From: Elusimicrobiota bacterium
GTDB taxonomy: Bacteria; Elusimicrobiota; Elusimicrobia; FEN-1173; JAKLIF01
Direction of reading: 5' to 3'
Length of the DNA stretch: 64,000 bases
Assembly: GCA_022709755.1 (NCBI GenBank)
Contig: JAKLIF010000003.1
Location: 157,171 to 221,170 of the forward strand
Shown here: in pieces, positions 47,388 to 56,798 of the stretch
Layout: every line of letters starts with the position of its first letter
Position numbering within the stretch: position 1 is the stretch's first letter
Made by a program: the position numbers and the translations under genes
Notes under the pieces: generated by a model
The model's input: the letters and a program-made list of their open reading frames with translations, nothing else
The model's database searches: none
What the model was told of the DNA's origin: nothing

Positions 47388-49351
47388 TGAAAAATCTGAT
47401 CACGTACCTGCTTTCCTCCGCCCGAAAGATCTTCCTGTGGATGACGTATAAACAGCCGGTCTTGAGCAATGCCCGGGTGAACACGTTCAATCAATGTCCG
47501 TTGAAATATAAATTCCAGTATGTGAGCCGGGTGGGAGGGAAAAAGGGCAGCCCCCATCTGGATTACAACAACAGTCTGCATAAGACCCTGTCGGAATTCG
47601 TGCGTCGGATCAATGTGTCGATGGCCACCGAAGAACACATCATGGAATTCTTTGAGAAAAATTGGCTCCGGGAAGGGTATGAATCGGAAGAACAGGAATC
47701 GGATTTTAAGGTGCGGGGGATCGGCGTCATTAAGAACTATTTCAAGATATTGAAGGCCAATCCGCCGAATACGATCTATCTGGATAAACCGTTGCAGGGG
47801 ATGGTGGAAGGGAACGCGTTCACGGGCCGGGCGGACCGGGTGGACGAGTTGGCGGATGGCACGCTGGTCGTCATCGACTATAAGACGGGGAAGAACATCC
47901 TCGTTGAAGAATCAATGGCGGCTGATTTTCAGGCGAACATGTATTGGATGATCGCCCAACAAACCTTCCCGAAGAAAAAGATCCGGTTGGAGTTTCATTA
48001 TCTGGAGAATGGCAGCATCGTCGTCTTTAAGCCGGTCGACAGTCTCGTGAAGGAAGTCCGGAAGACGGTGGCGGGCACATCGGAGGGGATCCGGAACCAG
48101 GAATATGAACCGACCCAGGGGCCGTTGTGCGGCTGGTGTGATTATTACGGCATGTGTTCTGCGTGGGATGAACAGAAGAAGCGGTTCCCGATCAGCAAGA
48201 CCATGCCGATGTTCCGCCTGGCGCGCGAAGACGGGCGCATGGGACTTTCCTATTCGAAGATGGGCGTGTTTCAGAACTGCCCGCTGTCGTATAAGTATAT
48301 CTACATCGATAAGCGAGGCATGAGGCCGAAACATTTTTTCTCGATCGGGTTGACGTGCCATCAGGCGTTCGAGGATTTCTATCAATACGCGGGTCCTCGG
48401 AAGACGCCGACCCTGGAGTTCCTCTTGGAACGATATAAGGAGAATTGGATTTCCAAGGGGTATGAGAGCAAAGAGCACGAGATGGAGACGTTCGCCAAAG
48501 GCGAGCAGTGGATGCGGGATTATTATGACAAGTATATCGTCCATGGAGAGGGATTCATCCCGGCGTGGTGGGTGGAGATGTATTTCGAACTCCCCATCGG
48601 CAAGAACGGGAGCATCATGATCGGATTCATGGACCGCATCCAGAAGAACGCGGACGGCACTTATGAAATTTTCGATTACAAGACGGACCCCAAGATGCGC
48701 ACGCAGGAAGAGGTGGATAACGACCTCCAGCTGACCATCTACTACTGGGCCATGCGCGAAGCCCTCGGCATCGAGATCAAGGCCTTGACGCTCCTGTTCC
48801 TGCAGTTCAATCAATGTGTGACCACCCGGCGCGAGCCGGCGGATATTCAGAAGATCGCCGACGCCGTCGACGAGTGCAGCGGTGACATGTTGACGAAGCA
48901 GCGGGCCCTGGCGGAACATTACATGAAGGCGCTGGATTCCTATAAGATCCCATACAAACTGTCAGGAAAGATGACCGTCAATGACGTCCAGAAACTGCGG
49001 GGTCTCCTGAACGGGGCCGCCATGTCGGACGCCTCCTACGCCGAGGAAGCCAAAAAGTGCATCTCGGGGGGGGACTTGATTTTTCCTCCGTCGGTGAATA
49101 AATATTGCGGCGGATGCGACTATCTCGTGGGTTGTCCCCTGGAACACAAGATCCGCACCGAATACAAGGACAAGATCATGCATAAACTGGACGACCATAA
49201 GGATCAGAAGAAAAAGGCGGATGAGGAAGAGGAGCAGAGCAAGGTGGATCTGGAGACCAGCAAGGAGGCCAAGGCGGAGGTTCAGGCCTCGAATGCCGAG
49301 GCGGAAGGGACAACGGCTTCGTCCTCCTCCGAGGAGTCGGATAAGGGTTGA
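47384..49351 (+). CDS. Tandem PD-(D/E)XK (RecB/Cas4-like) nuclease. It has two complete nuclease domains, each with a 4-Cys Fe-S signature, plus an acidic/Lys-rich C-terminal tail.
   Basis: Domain 1: NQCPLKYKFQYV...GRADRVDELADGTLVVIDYKTGKN...CGWCDYYGMC. Domain 2: FQNCPLSYKYIYID...GFMDRIQKNADGTYEIFDYKTDPK...CGGCDYLVGCP. Start overlaps the upstream stop (ATGA). Confidence 0.8.
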   Translation: MMKNLITYLLSSARKIFLWMTYKQPVLSNARVNTFNQCPLKYKFQYVSRVGGKKGSPHLDYNNSLHKTLSEFVRRINVSMATEEHIMEFFEKNWLREGYESEEQESDFKVRGIGVIKNYFKILKANPPNTIYLDKPLQGMVEGNAFTGRADRVDELADGTLVVIDYKTGKNILVEESMAADFQANMYWMIAQQTFPKKKIRLEFHYLENGSIVVFKPVDSLVKEVRKTVAGTSEGIRNQEYEPTQGPLCGWCDYYGMCSAWDEQKKRFPISKTMPMFRLAREDGRMGLSYSKMGVFQNCPLSYKYIYIDKRGMRPKHFFSIGLTCHQAFEDFYQYAGPRKTPTLEFLLERYKENWISKGYESKEHEMETFAKGEQWMRDYYDKYIVHGEGFIPAWWVEMYFELPIGKNGSIMIGFMDRIQKNADGTYEIFDYKTDPKMRTQEEVDNDLQLTIYYWAMREALGIEIKALTLLFLQFNQCVTTRREPADIQKIADAVDECSGDMLTKQRALAEHYMKALDSYKIPYKLSGKMTVNDVQKLRGLLNGAAMSDASYAEEAKKCISGGDLIFPPSVNKYCGGCDYLVGCPLEHKIRTEYKDKIMHKLDDHKDQKKKADEEEEQSKVDLETSKEAKAEVQASNAEAEGTTASSSSEESDKG

Positions 49352-49386
49352 TTCTGCCGTAAAAAGAGATCCAAAAGGAGTTGATC

Positions 49387-50469
49387 ATGACGCGTGAACA
49401 ATTGTTCCGGTATTTCGTCTTGGCGGTTCTGGCTTTCCTGGGATACCAGATCCTGAAGATTCTGTCCCCGTTCTATGCCGGCATCCTGGGGGCCATCGTG
49501 GTCACGCTCATCTTTTATCCGATGCACCAGTTCATCCTCGCGCGGGTCATCAAGGACAGGCCGAATCCCGCGGCGGTCTTATCCACGTTCGTCGTGGTCG
49601 CGTTCATCGTCTTCCCGTTCTTGTTCTTCACGTGGATCCTTCTCCGCGACATGGCGGACTATTTCCCCCGGATCGAGATGCTGGTTCGGTCCGTTCAGAA
49701 TTGGAGTCACTCGGGGGGCGGGGGGTCGTTCCCTTGGTTGGCGAAGCTGGAGGGACGGTTGCAGTTATGGAGCCGTCTGCCGAACATCAATCTGGAGGGG
49801 CTTCTCCTCCCCGTCTTCAAGAGCGTCATGAACGCGGGTTTTCAGATCTGGAAGATGTTGGCCCGGAACCTGATCGTCTTGGTGATCAATCTGGCGGTGA
49901 TGGTCTTCACGCTTTTCTTCTTGTTTCGAGACGGCCCCATCCTGTTGGGAAAGATCAAGGAAGTGATCCCGATGGATCCGCGGCATAAGGATCAGATCGC
50001 CCATCAGCTCTATCTCACGGTGACGGCCATCGTGCGCGGCATTTTCTTCGTGGCGGTGACGCAGGGGGTCTTGGCCGGCCTTGGGTTCCTCATCGGAGGG
50101 GTGTCTTCCCCGGTGCTGTTGGGTTTCGCCTCCGTGTTCGCGGCGCTGATCCCGTTCATCGGCGCGACCATCGTCTGGCTTCCGGTCGGCATTTTCTGTC
50201 TCACTCAGGGTTCGGTCGGGCAAGGGGTTTTCATCCTCCTCTGGGGGGGATTGGTGGTGAGCCTTGTGGATAATTTCCTCAGGCCCTATCTGGTCGGTAC
50301 CCGCGCCAAACTCCCGATCTTGTTCCTGTTCTTCGGCATCTTGGGCGGGATCAAGGTCTATGGCCCCACGGGGCTGTTCCTGGGTCCGCTGGTGGTCGCC
50401 ATGTTGATCGCTTTCGTCAAGATCTATCGGGAAATGTATGCGTCCAAGGAAATTCCCGTTCAGAAATGA
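49387..50469 (+). CDS. AI-2E family transporter (UPF0118/PerM-like).
   Basis: Eight TM helices in the typical AI-2E layout. RBS AAAAGGAG lies 6 nt upstream of ATG 49387. The track ORF begins at in-frame TTG 49381. Confidence 0.85.
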   Translation: MTREQLFRYFVLAVLAFLGYQILKILSPFYAGILGAIVVTLIFYPMHQFILARVIKDRPNPAAVLSTFVVVAFIVFPFLFFTWILLRDMADYFPRIEMLVRSVQNWSHSGGGGSFPWLAKLEGRLQLWSRLPNINLEGLLLPVFKSVMNAGFQIWKMLARNLIVLVINLAVMVFTLFFLFRDGPILLGKIKEVIPMDPRHKDQIAHQLYLTVTAIVRGIFFVAVTQGVLAGLGFLIGGVSSPVLLGFASVFAALIPFIGATIVWLPVGIFCLTQGSVGQGVFILLWGGLVVSLVDNFLRPYLVGTRAKLPILFLFFGILGGIKVYGPTGLFLGPLVVAMLIAFVKIYREMYASKEIPVQK

Positions 50470-50484
50470 CGGTCCCCCGCTTAT

Positions 50485-50513
50485 TTGACACGATTTGGGG
50501 TATTTAGGATAAT
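50485..50513 (+). promoter_or_regulatory. Sigma70-like promoter candidate: TTGACA, 17-nt spacer, GATAAT, upstream of the TPR gene.
   Basis: Consensus -35 hexamer at 50485-50490. -10-like GATAAT at 50508-50513. Located in a 67-nt intergenic gap. Confidence 0.3.
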
Positions 50514-50536
50514 CAACTCCGAAAGGATATCGACGG

Positions 50537-51094
50537 ATGGAAGCAGTCATCAAGATCATCGCGGGGCTTTTGTTTTTGTTCCTCAGCCTCTCCTATCTTT
50601 ACCGGCCTGCCTGGATTCTCAAGATCAACGCGGCGGGTCGCCAGATGTTGTTCAATGACGCCCACGTGCTTCTTTTCCGTCGGAGATGGGGGCTTCTTTT
50701 CTTGGTGTCCGCGTCGGTGTTCCTCTATGCCGGTTTCAATAACCTTGCGTATCAGGCGGCGCCGTCTCATCGGTCCAGCTACTGGGATCTTCAGGACGCC
50801 TACCGGTCTCTGAGGGTCCATCACTACAAGGGCGTGGTGGTCCGTTGCCAGGAGATATTGAAACGCGAACCGGACAACATCCATGCTTGGGTCTTGTTGG
50901 GGACGGCATGGTCCTCGTTGGGCAGGAAGGATCAGTCGCGCCAGGCCTGGAAACGCGTTTTGGAAATCCAGCCGGATTATGTCGGTTTGACGAACCGTAT
51001 CTTTCCGGCGGCGGAGTTGGAGAACGTTCCTCCGGAAACCGGCTCCGATCGTGCCGGCCAGGATCCGACGTCGAAGAAAAAAGACAGGCCGTGA
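50537..51094 (+). CDS. Membrane-anchored TPR-repeat protein, hypothetical.
   Basis: Two N-terminal TM helices (IIAGLLFLFLSLSYL; LLFLVSASVFLYAGF). TPR unit CQEILKREPDNIHAWVLLGTAWSSLGRKDQSRQAWKRVLEIQPDY. Confidence 0.55.
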   Translation: MEAVIKIIAGLLFLFLSLSYLYRPAWILKINAAGRQMLFNDAHVLLFRRRWGLLFLVSASVFLYAGFNNLAYQAAPSHRSSYWDLQDAYRSLRVHHYKGVVVRCQEILKREPDNIHAWVLLGTAWSSLGRKDQSRQAWKRVLEIQPDYVGLTNRIFPAAELENVPPETGSDRAGQDPTSKKKDRP

Positions 51095-52455
51095 ATTTTT
51101 CCGAGACGGCGCCCCATCTGATCGGCCTTGTTCGGTCATCGAGATCACTCCAGACGGAGGTCTATCTGACCGAGGAAGACAGCCGGACCGTCGAATGGGC
51201 GGAGGGGAAGCCGTCCGACACGGAACGGGTTTTCGGGCAGGGGATGGCGGTCCGAGTGACGTCGTCGGGCCGGCAGGGACTGGCCTTCGCCAACAGGATA
51301 TCCGAAGAGGATGTCCTGTCCCTTCATCGGAAAGCCTGTTCGTCGGCCGCCTATGCGTGTTCGGATCCTTGCCGGATGTTACCCACGCCCTCTTCCCGGC
51401 CCGTCCGGACGTCCCCCCGGCATGGGCTGTTCTCCATGTCCGTGGATGAACAGCAGAGGTGGCTGTCCCATCTGGAGAAGGATGTTTTAAAATTCGACAA
51501 GCGGTTGAAGAAGATTGTCCGGATGGGGGTCCGTGAGGGCCGGACGCATTTTGCGGTGGCGAACACGCGGGGTGTCGATGTGTCCCATCAGGACGCGGAG
51601 GCCTCGTTCTCCATCGAATTGATGGCGGAACAACGGGGGGAGGTCCAAGTGGCTTGGATCACCGTTTCCGGAAAACGGCTTGAGGATATCCCCGTCGACG
51701 ATGTTTTGGCGCAGGTCCGCGACCGCGCCCTGAACTCGTTGGGGGCGCGGCCCTTGGACTCGGGGGAGTGGACGGTCCTGTTGGATCCGTGGGTCGGCGT
51801 CGAATTCATGAATCTTTTGTCGGAAGCTCTCTGTGCGGATGCGGTTCAGGCGGGACGATCCATCTTTAAAGGCCGGATCGGGCATGCGGTGGCGTCGCCC
51901 CGGGTGACGATCGTCGACGATGGGACGTTGGAAGGAGGAATCTCCACCGCTCCGGTCGACGAGGAAGGGGTTCCGACTCAACGGACGACGCTCATCGGAA
52001 AGGGTCGTCTCCGCGGATACCTCTACGACACTTACACGGCCCGGAAGGACCGTGTCGAGAGCACGGGGAACGGCTATCGGGCGGGATTGTCGGCTCCTCC
52101 GGCGCCGGATTCGAGCAATTTTTATATGATTCCCGGGACGACGTCCCGGGAAGACCTGATCGGCCGGACGTCCCGGGCATTCTGGGTCCGTGAAGTGATG
52201 GGGATGCATACGGCGGATCCGGTCTCCGGAGATTTCTCTCTGGGAGCGTCCGGTCTTCTGGTTGAAAAGGGGAAGATTGTCCGTGCCGTGAAGGGCGTGA
52301 CGCTGGCCGGAAACATCCGCGGTCTTCTGAAAAACATCGAGGAAGTCGCGCGGGATCTGACGTGGTATGGAAGCACGGGCTGCCCCACGATGCGCGTGCG
52401 ATCCCTGTCGGTGGGGGGCAGTGAGACACAGCGAGGGAGGACGGATGGAGATTGA
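51091..52455 (+). CDS. pmbA: TldD/PmbA-family metalloprotease (modulator of DNA gyrase family).
   Basis: C-terminal signature GDFSLGASGLLVEKGKIVRAVKGVTLAGNIRGLL. GTG start overlaps the TPR stop (GTGA). The longer track ORF from 50845 is an out-of-gene extension. Confidence 0.85.
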   Translation: MNFSETAPHLIGLVRSSRSLQTEVYLTEEDSRTVEWAEGKPSDTERVFGQGMAVRVTSSGRQGLAFANRISEEDVLSLHRKACSSAAYACSDPCRMLPTPSSRPVRTSPRHGLFSMSVDEQQRWLSHLEKDVLKFDKRLKKIVRMGVREGRTHFAVANTRGVDVSHQDAEASFSIELMAEQRGEVQVAWITVSGKRLEDIPVDDVLAQVRDRALNSLGARPLDSGEWTVLLDPWVGVEFMNLLSEALCADAVQAGRSIFKGRIGHAVASPRVTIVDDGTLEGGISTAPVDEEGVPTQRTTLIGKGRLRGYLYDTYTARKDRVESTGNGYRAGLSAPPAPDSSNFYMIPGTTSREDLIGRTSRAFWVREVMGMHTADPVSGDFSLGASGLLVEKGKIVRAVKGVTLAGNIRGLLKNIEEVARDLTWYGSTGCPTMRVRSLSVGGSETQRGRTDGD

Positions 52456-53305
52456 CGGAAAGACGAAGGTCGTCGGCATTTTCGGGCACCCGATCGAGCA
52501 TACACTTTCTCCGGCGATGCACAATGCGGCGTTCCGATCGCTCCGCTTGAACTGCGTCTACATGCCTTTCAACATCAAGCCGGACGATGTCCCTGCCGCC
52601 ATCGAGGGGCTCCGGGCGATGGAGATGGCCGGCGCCAACGTGACAGTGCCCCATAAGGAATCGGTCATCCCTTTCCTCGACGGATTGACGCCGTTCGCCA
52701 AGTTCATCGGCGCCGTCAATACGCTCTATTGGGATCGGGGCCGTTTGATGGGAGACAACACCGACGCCCCGGGGTTCCTGGCGGCGTTGCGGGGGGCGGG
52801 TTTGAAAAGATTGGCGGGAGCGAACGTGGTCGTTCTCGGCGCGGGCGGCGCGGCGCGGGCGGTCTCGGCGGCCCTTCTCCAGCAGAAGGTCCGGTCGTTG
52901 ACGCTGACGGATGTGGTTCCCGCCAAGGCCCGGTCCCTGGCGGCCCGTCTGTCCGAACTTTTTTTGTCGGGGCGGGTCCGCGTCATCGATCCCGGCCCGG
53001 ATTCTCTCCGAGAGCCCCTGGAAGAGGCCGATCTTCTGGTCAATGCGACCCCGATCGGAATGCATCCGTCGGACCCCGTGTTGGTCCCGGCGGCTCTCCT
53101 TCCCCCGCGTTTGTTCGTCTACGATGTGGTCTACACGCGGGAGACGTTGCTCTTGAAGTCCGCCCGCCGCGCCGGATTGAAGTGCGCCGACGGGTTGGGG
53201 ATGCTTTTGCATCAGGGGATGCTGGCTTTTGAACGATGGACCGGACGCCGGGCTCCGCGCCGCGTGATGGAAATGGCGTTGCGTCGGAAGATCCATGGTT
53301 CGTGA
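52445..53305 (+). CDS. aroE: Shikimate dehydrogenase.
   Basis: KVVGIFGHPIEHTLSPAMHNAAF. Rossmann motif VVVLGAGGAARAV. Start overlaps the pmbA stop by 11 nt. Confidence 0.9.
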   Translation: MEIDGKTKVVGIFGHPIEHTLSPAMHNAAFRSLRLNCVYMPFNIKPDDVPAAIEGLRAMEMAGANVTVPHKESVIPFLDGLTPFAKFIGAVNTLYWDRGRLMGDNTDAPGFLAALRGAGLKRLAGANVVVLGAGGAARAVSAALLQQKVRSLTLTDVVPAKARSLAARLSELFLSGRVRVIDPGPDSLREPLEEADLLVNATPIGMHPSDPVLVPAALLPPRLFVYDVVYTRETLLLKSARRAGLKCADGLGMLLHQGMLAFERWTGRRAPRRVMEMALRRKIHGS

Positions 53306-53334
53306 ACGATGAAGATGTCGAAAGGGGTGATCGT

Positions 53335-54498
53335 ATGATCCGCTACATGACGGCCGGTGAGTCTCACGGAAAATGCCTGATGGTGATCCTGGAAGGGATC
53401 CCCGCCGGGCTGAAGGTGACGGAAGAGGCCATCAACAAAGAACTCTCCCGACGGCAGCACAGTTTCGGGCGAGGGGAACGGCTCCAATACATCGAGAACG
53501 ACCAGGTGGAGATCCTCTCCGGGGTCCGTTGGGGGGAGACCCTCGGTTCACCCATCACCATGAAGATCCAGAACAAGGATTGGGAAAATTGGAAGAAGAT
53601 CATGTCGATCTCGGAAGAGGACCGGTCCGACAAGTTCCGGTTGGTCCGCCCGCGTCCCGGTCATACGGATTTGGCGGGTGTTCTGAAATTCGACCGGCAC
53701 GACACGCGTGATATTTTGGAGCGCGCGTCGGCCCGGGAGACGGCGGCCCGTACCGCGGCCGGGGCCGTGTGCAAGAGGTTGTTGGAGGAGTTCGGGATAC
53801 AGGTCTTTTCTTTCGTGACGGAGATCGGCGGGCATCGGGCCAAATTGGGGTCCCTGTCGGCCGAAGATCTTTTCAAACTGGCCGAGAAATCGTCCGTGCG
53901 GTGTCCCGACAAGGACGCCGAGGCGAAGATGGTGAAGGCCATCCAGCAGGCGAAAGCCGACGGAGACACGTTGGGCGGGGTCTATACCGTCGCCGTGACG
54001 GGATGCCCCGTGGGATTGGGGAGCCATGTCCAATGGGATTTAAAGCTGACCGGGCGGCTGGCCCAGGCGTTGATGTCCATCCAGGCTCACAAGGGCGTCG
54101 AGATCGGGAACGGATTCGGGCTCGCCAAAGACAAGGGGTCCGACGTCCATGACGAGATATTCCACGAGGCGGGCCGGGGATTCTTCCGCAAGACCAACAA
54201 CGCCGGCGGGCTCGAAGGGGGTATCACGAACGGAGAACCGATCGTCCTCCAGGCGGCCATGAAACCGCTGGCCTCCTTGCGTCGTCCGTTGAAATCCGTG
54301 AACATCCTGACGAAAGAGGAGATGGCCGCTGAGATCGTCCGTTCGGACGTGTGTCCGGTCGCCTCCGCCTCCATCGTCGGAGAAGCCATGGCCGCTTTGG
54401 TCATCGCGGATGCGATGAAAGAGAAGTTCGGCGGGGACTCCGTCCGGGAAATGTCGGACAACCATTCCCGCTATCTGGAATACCTGAGACAATATTGA
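53335..54498 (+). CDS. aroC: Chorismate synthase.
   Basis: MIRYMTAGESHGKCLMVILEGIPAGL N-terminal signature. ...LVRPRPGHTDLAG. Confidence 0.92.
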   Translation: MIRYMTAGESHGKCLMVILEGIPAGLKVTEEAINKELSRRQHSFGRGERLQYIENDQVEILSGVRWGETLGSPITMKIQNKDWENWKKIMSISEEDRSDKFRLVRPRPGHTDLAGVLKFDRHDTRDILERASARETAARTAAGAVCKRLLEEFGIQVFSFVTEIGGHRAKLGSLSAEDLFKLAEKSSVRCPDKDAEAKMVKAIQQAKADGDTLGGVYTVAVTGCPVGLGSHVQWDLKLTGRLAQALMSIQAHKGVEIGNGFGLAKDKGSDVHDEIFHEAGRGFFRKTNNAGGLEGGITNGEPIVLQAAMKPLASLRRPLKSVNILTKEEMAAEIVRSDVCPVASASIVGEAMAALVIADAMKEKFGGDSVREMSDNHSRYLEYLRQY

Positions 54499-54517
54499 AC
54501 CGGATCTCCGGCCTCTC

Positions 54518-55288
54518 ATGACCCTTCCCCAAGGAATCACGCTCGTCATCCCCGCCCATAACGAGGAACAGGGGCTCCCGCGAGTCATGGACGGCCTGTC
54601 CGCGTTGAAGACGGCCCTGCCTTGCCCGCTCCAAGTGGTGGTGGTCAACGACGGTTCCACCGACGGCACCGCGGTCGCATTGAAAGGGCGGTCCGACGTG
54701 ACGGTCGTCGATCATCCCCGGTCCATGGGTTATGGCCGCTCCATCAAGGACGGAATTTCGAAGGCCGAACATGACTGGATCGTCATTGCCGACGCCGACG
54801 GGACATATCCGCTGGCAGCTCTTCCGGCCCTTCTCCGGGAGGCCGAGGACGCCGATATGGTGGTGGGTCGCCGAAAGGATTTCGGATATGGCCGCGCCCT
54901 TTGGTTTGTCCATCTGGCCCGCCACACGGTCTATGGGATCGCCCATTTCATCACGGGCCATCCGATCCCCGATTTAAATTCCGGTTTTCGTCTCTTCCGG
55001 CGGGAAATGGCCCGGGAATACGAAGCCAGTCTCTGTGAGGGATTTTCCTACACGACCACCCTCACGCTGATGTCGTTGTTTCACGGGAAAAGAGTCCGGT
55101 ACTTGCCGATCGATTACGCCAAACGCATCGGATCGAGCAAGGTCAAACTGTGTCGCGATACGACGCGCGTTTTGGCGGTGATGTTCTGGCTGGGTTTGAG
55201 GCACAGACCCTGGCGGATGGCGGCGGTCATTCTGGCGGTGTCGGGGATCGTTTCTTTTACGGCCGCGTTCTTGGCGGGCCGGGCGTGA
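54518..55288 (+). CDS. GT2-family glycosyltransferase, DPM1/ArnC/GtrB-like polyprenyl-phosphate sugar transferase, with a C-terminal TM anchor.
   Basis: ITLVIPAHNEEQGLPRVM...VVVVNDGSTDGTA. DAD motif IVIADADGTY. C-terminal helix MAAVILAVSGIVSFTAAFLAG. Confidence 0.88.
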   Translation: MTLPQGITLVIPAHNEEQGLPRVMDGLSALKTALPCPLQVVVVNDGSTDGTAVALKGRSDVTVVDHPRSMGYGRSIKDGISKAEHDWIVIADADGTYPLAALPALLREAEDADMVVGRRKDFGYGRALWFVHLARHTVYGIAHFITGHPIPDLNSGFRLFRREMAREYEASLCEGFSYTTTLTLMSLFHGKRVRYLPIDYAKRIGSSKVKLCRDTTRVLAVMFWLGLRHRPWRMAAVILAVSGIVSFTAAFLAGRA

Positions 55289-55319
55289 CCCCGGGACTCC
55301 GCGGATTCAAGGAGAGATT

Positions 55320-56786
55320 ATGAAGGTACTGCTCATTCAGCCACCCATGAGGAATCTCTTCTCGATCCTCACTCCGAAATTCGTCCCGGAAAACTGGGGA
55401 TATTATCCGCCGCTGGGCATTCTCTATCTGGCGGCCTACCTGCAGAAGAATTCTTCCCATGAGGTCGAGATCCTCGATACGCAGGTCGAGAAGTTGTCCG
55501 ACGAACAGATCAAAGCCGAGGTCGCTCGTCGGAAACCCGACATGGTCGGGATCCAGGCCCTGACGTTCACTTTACGTGACTGTCTGAACACGGCCCGCCT
55601 GGTCAAAGAGGTCTCCAAGGATATCCCCGTGGTCCTCGGCGGCCGGCACGTGGATTGCTATCCGGATGAGACCTTGGGCCAACCCTGGGTCGATGCCGTC
55701 CTCCTCGGTGAGGCCGACATTTCGTTCACGAAGTTCGTCAACGCCTGGGGGCGACCGGATGAACTGCGCAAGGTGCCCGGAATCCGTTTCCGCGACAAGG
55801 GAGAGATGGTTTCGACCGGCCAGCCCGAGATCATCACCGACATCAATCAGCTCCCTTTTCCGGCCCGGACCCTGACGCCCATCGACAAATACAGGACCGT
55901 GGTCCAGAAATCGGAACGGATGACGACCATCGTGACTTCACGGGGGTGCCCCTTCCATTGCGGGTTCTGCGATGAGAACCTCGTCAAATTCCGTCAGGCG
56001 AGCGCGGAGCGCGTGTTGGAAGAGATGGGGGAATGCCTGAAGCTGGGGATCCGTGAGTTCTTTTTCTTCGACGATACGTTCACGGTCAACGAGAAACGGC
56101 TCCGGGCCGTCTGTGACGGGATCCTGGAGAGAAAATGGGACGTGCTCTGGGACGTGCGGGCTCACATCAATTCCGTGAACGAGCCCCTGCTTGAGAAGAT
56201 GAGGGAGGCCGGATGCGACCGGATCCAGTTCGGCGTGGAGAGCGGCGACGCGCGCATCATCAAGATCATCGGGAAGGACATCCTGCTGGATCGCACCAAG
56301 AACGTCTTTTCCATGGCGCGGAAACTCGGGTTCACCACCTATGCGGATTTCATGATCGGTTTGCCCGGAGAGACCCGGCGGGAGATGCAGTCCACTTTCG
56401 ATTTTGCGGTCGACCTGCAGGCCGATTATTGCCAGTTCTCCGTCTATGTCCCATTCCCGGGGACCCGCCTGTTCGGGCTGGGTCTTGAGAAGAGGCTGTA
56501 TCCCTCCGATTATTGGCGCGAATTCGCCAAGGATCCGATCCGCGATTTCTCGCCGCCGATATGGAACGAGTTTTTCTCTAAGGACGAGTTGATCGCGTTC
56601 CGGGATCAGGCCTACCGGCAGTTCTATTTCCGCCCGTCCTATGTCCTGCAGAACCTGAGGAAGAGTCACTCGATGAAGAACATCTTCGAGAAGGCCAGGA
56701 TCGGGATCGATATGGCGCTGTATTACGTCAAAGAATTGCTTTTCGGTTGGAAGAAACTGTTCCGCGATCCGTCGGACCCGTCCTGA
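55320..56786 (+). CDS. B12-binding-domain radical SAM protein (class B radical SAM; probable methyltransferase/modifying enzyme).
   Basis: N-terminal cobalamin-binding domain (MKVLLIQPP...VVLGGRHV). Radical SAM motif SRGCPFHCGFCDE. Good RBS AAGGAGAG. Confidence 0.9.
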   Translation: MKVLLIQPPMRNLFSILTPKFVPENWGYYPPLGILYLAAYLQKNSSHEVEILDTQVEKLSDEQIKAEVARRKPDMVGIQALTFTLRDCLNTARLVKEVSKDIPVVLGGRHVDCYPDETLGQPWVDAVLLGEADISFTKFVNAWGRPDELRKVPGIRFRDKGEMVSTGQPEIITDINQLPFPARTLTPIDKYRTVVQKSERMTTIVTSRGCPFHCGFCDENLVKFRQASAERVLEEMGECLKLGIREFFFFDDTFTVNEKRLRAVCDGILERKWDVLWDVRAHINSVNEPLLEKMREAGCDRIQFGVESGDARIIKIIGKDILLDRTKNVFSMARKLGFTTYADFMIGLPGETRREMQSTFDFAVDLQADYCQFSVYVPFPGTRLFGLGLEKRLYPSDYWREFAKDPIRDFSPPIWNEFFSKDELIAFRDQAYRQFYFRPSYVLQNLRKSHSMKNIFEKARIGIDMALYYVKELLFGWKKLFRDPSDPS

Positions 56787-56798
56787 GACGACCCCTCC

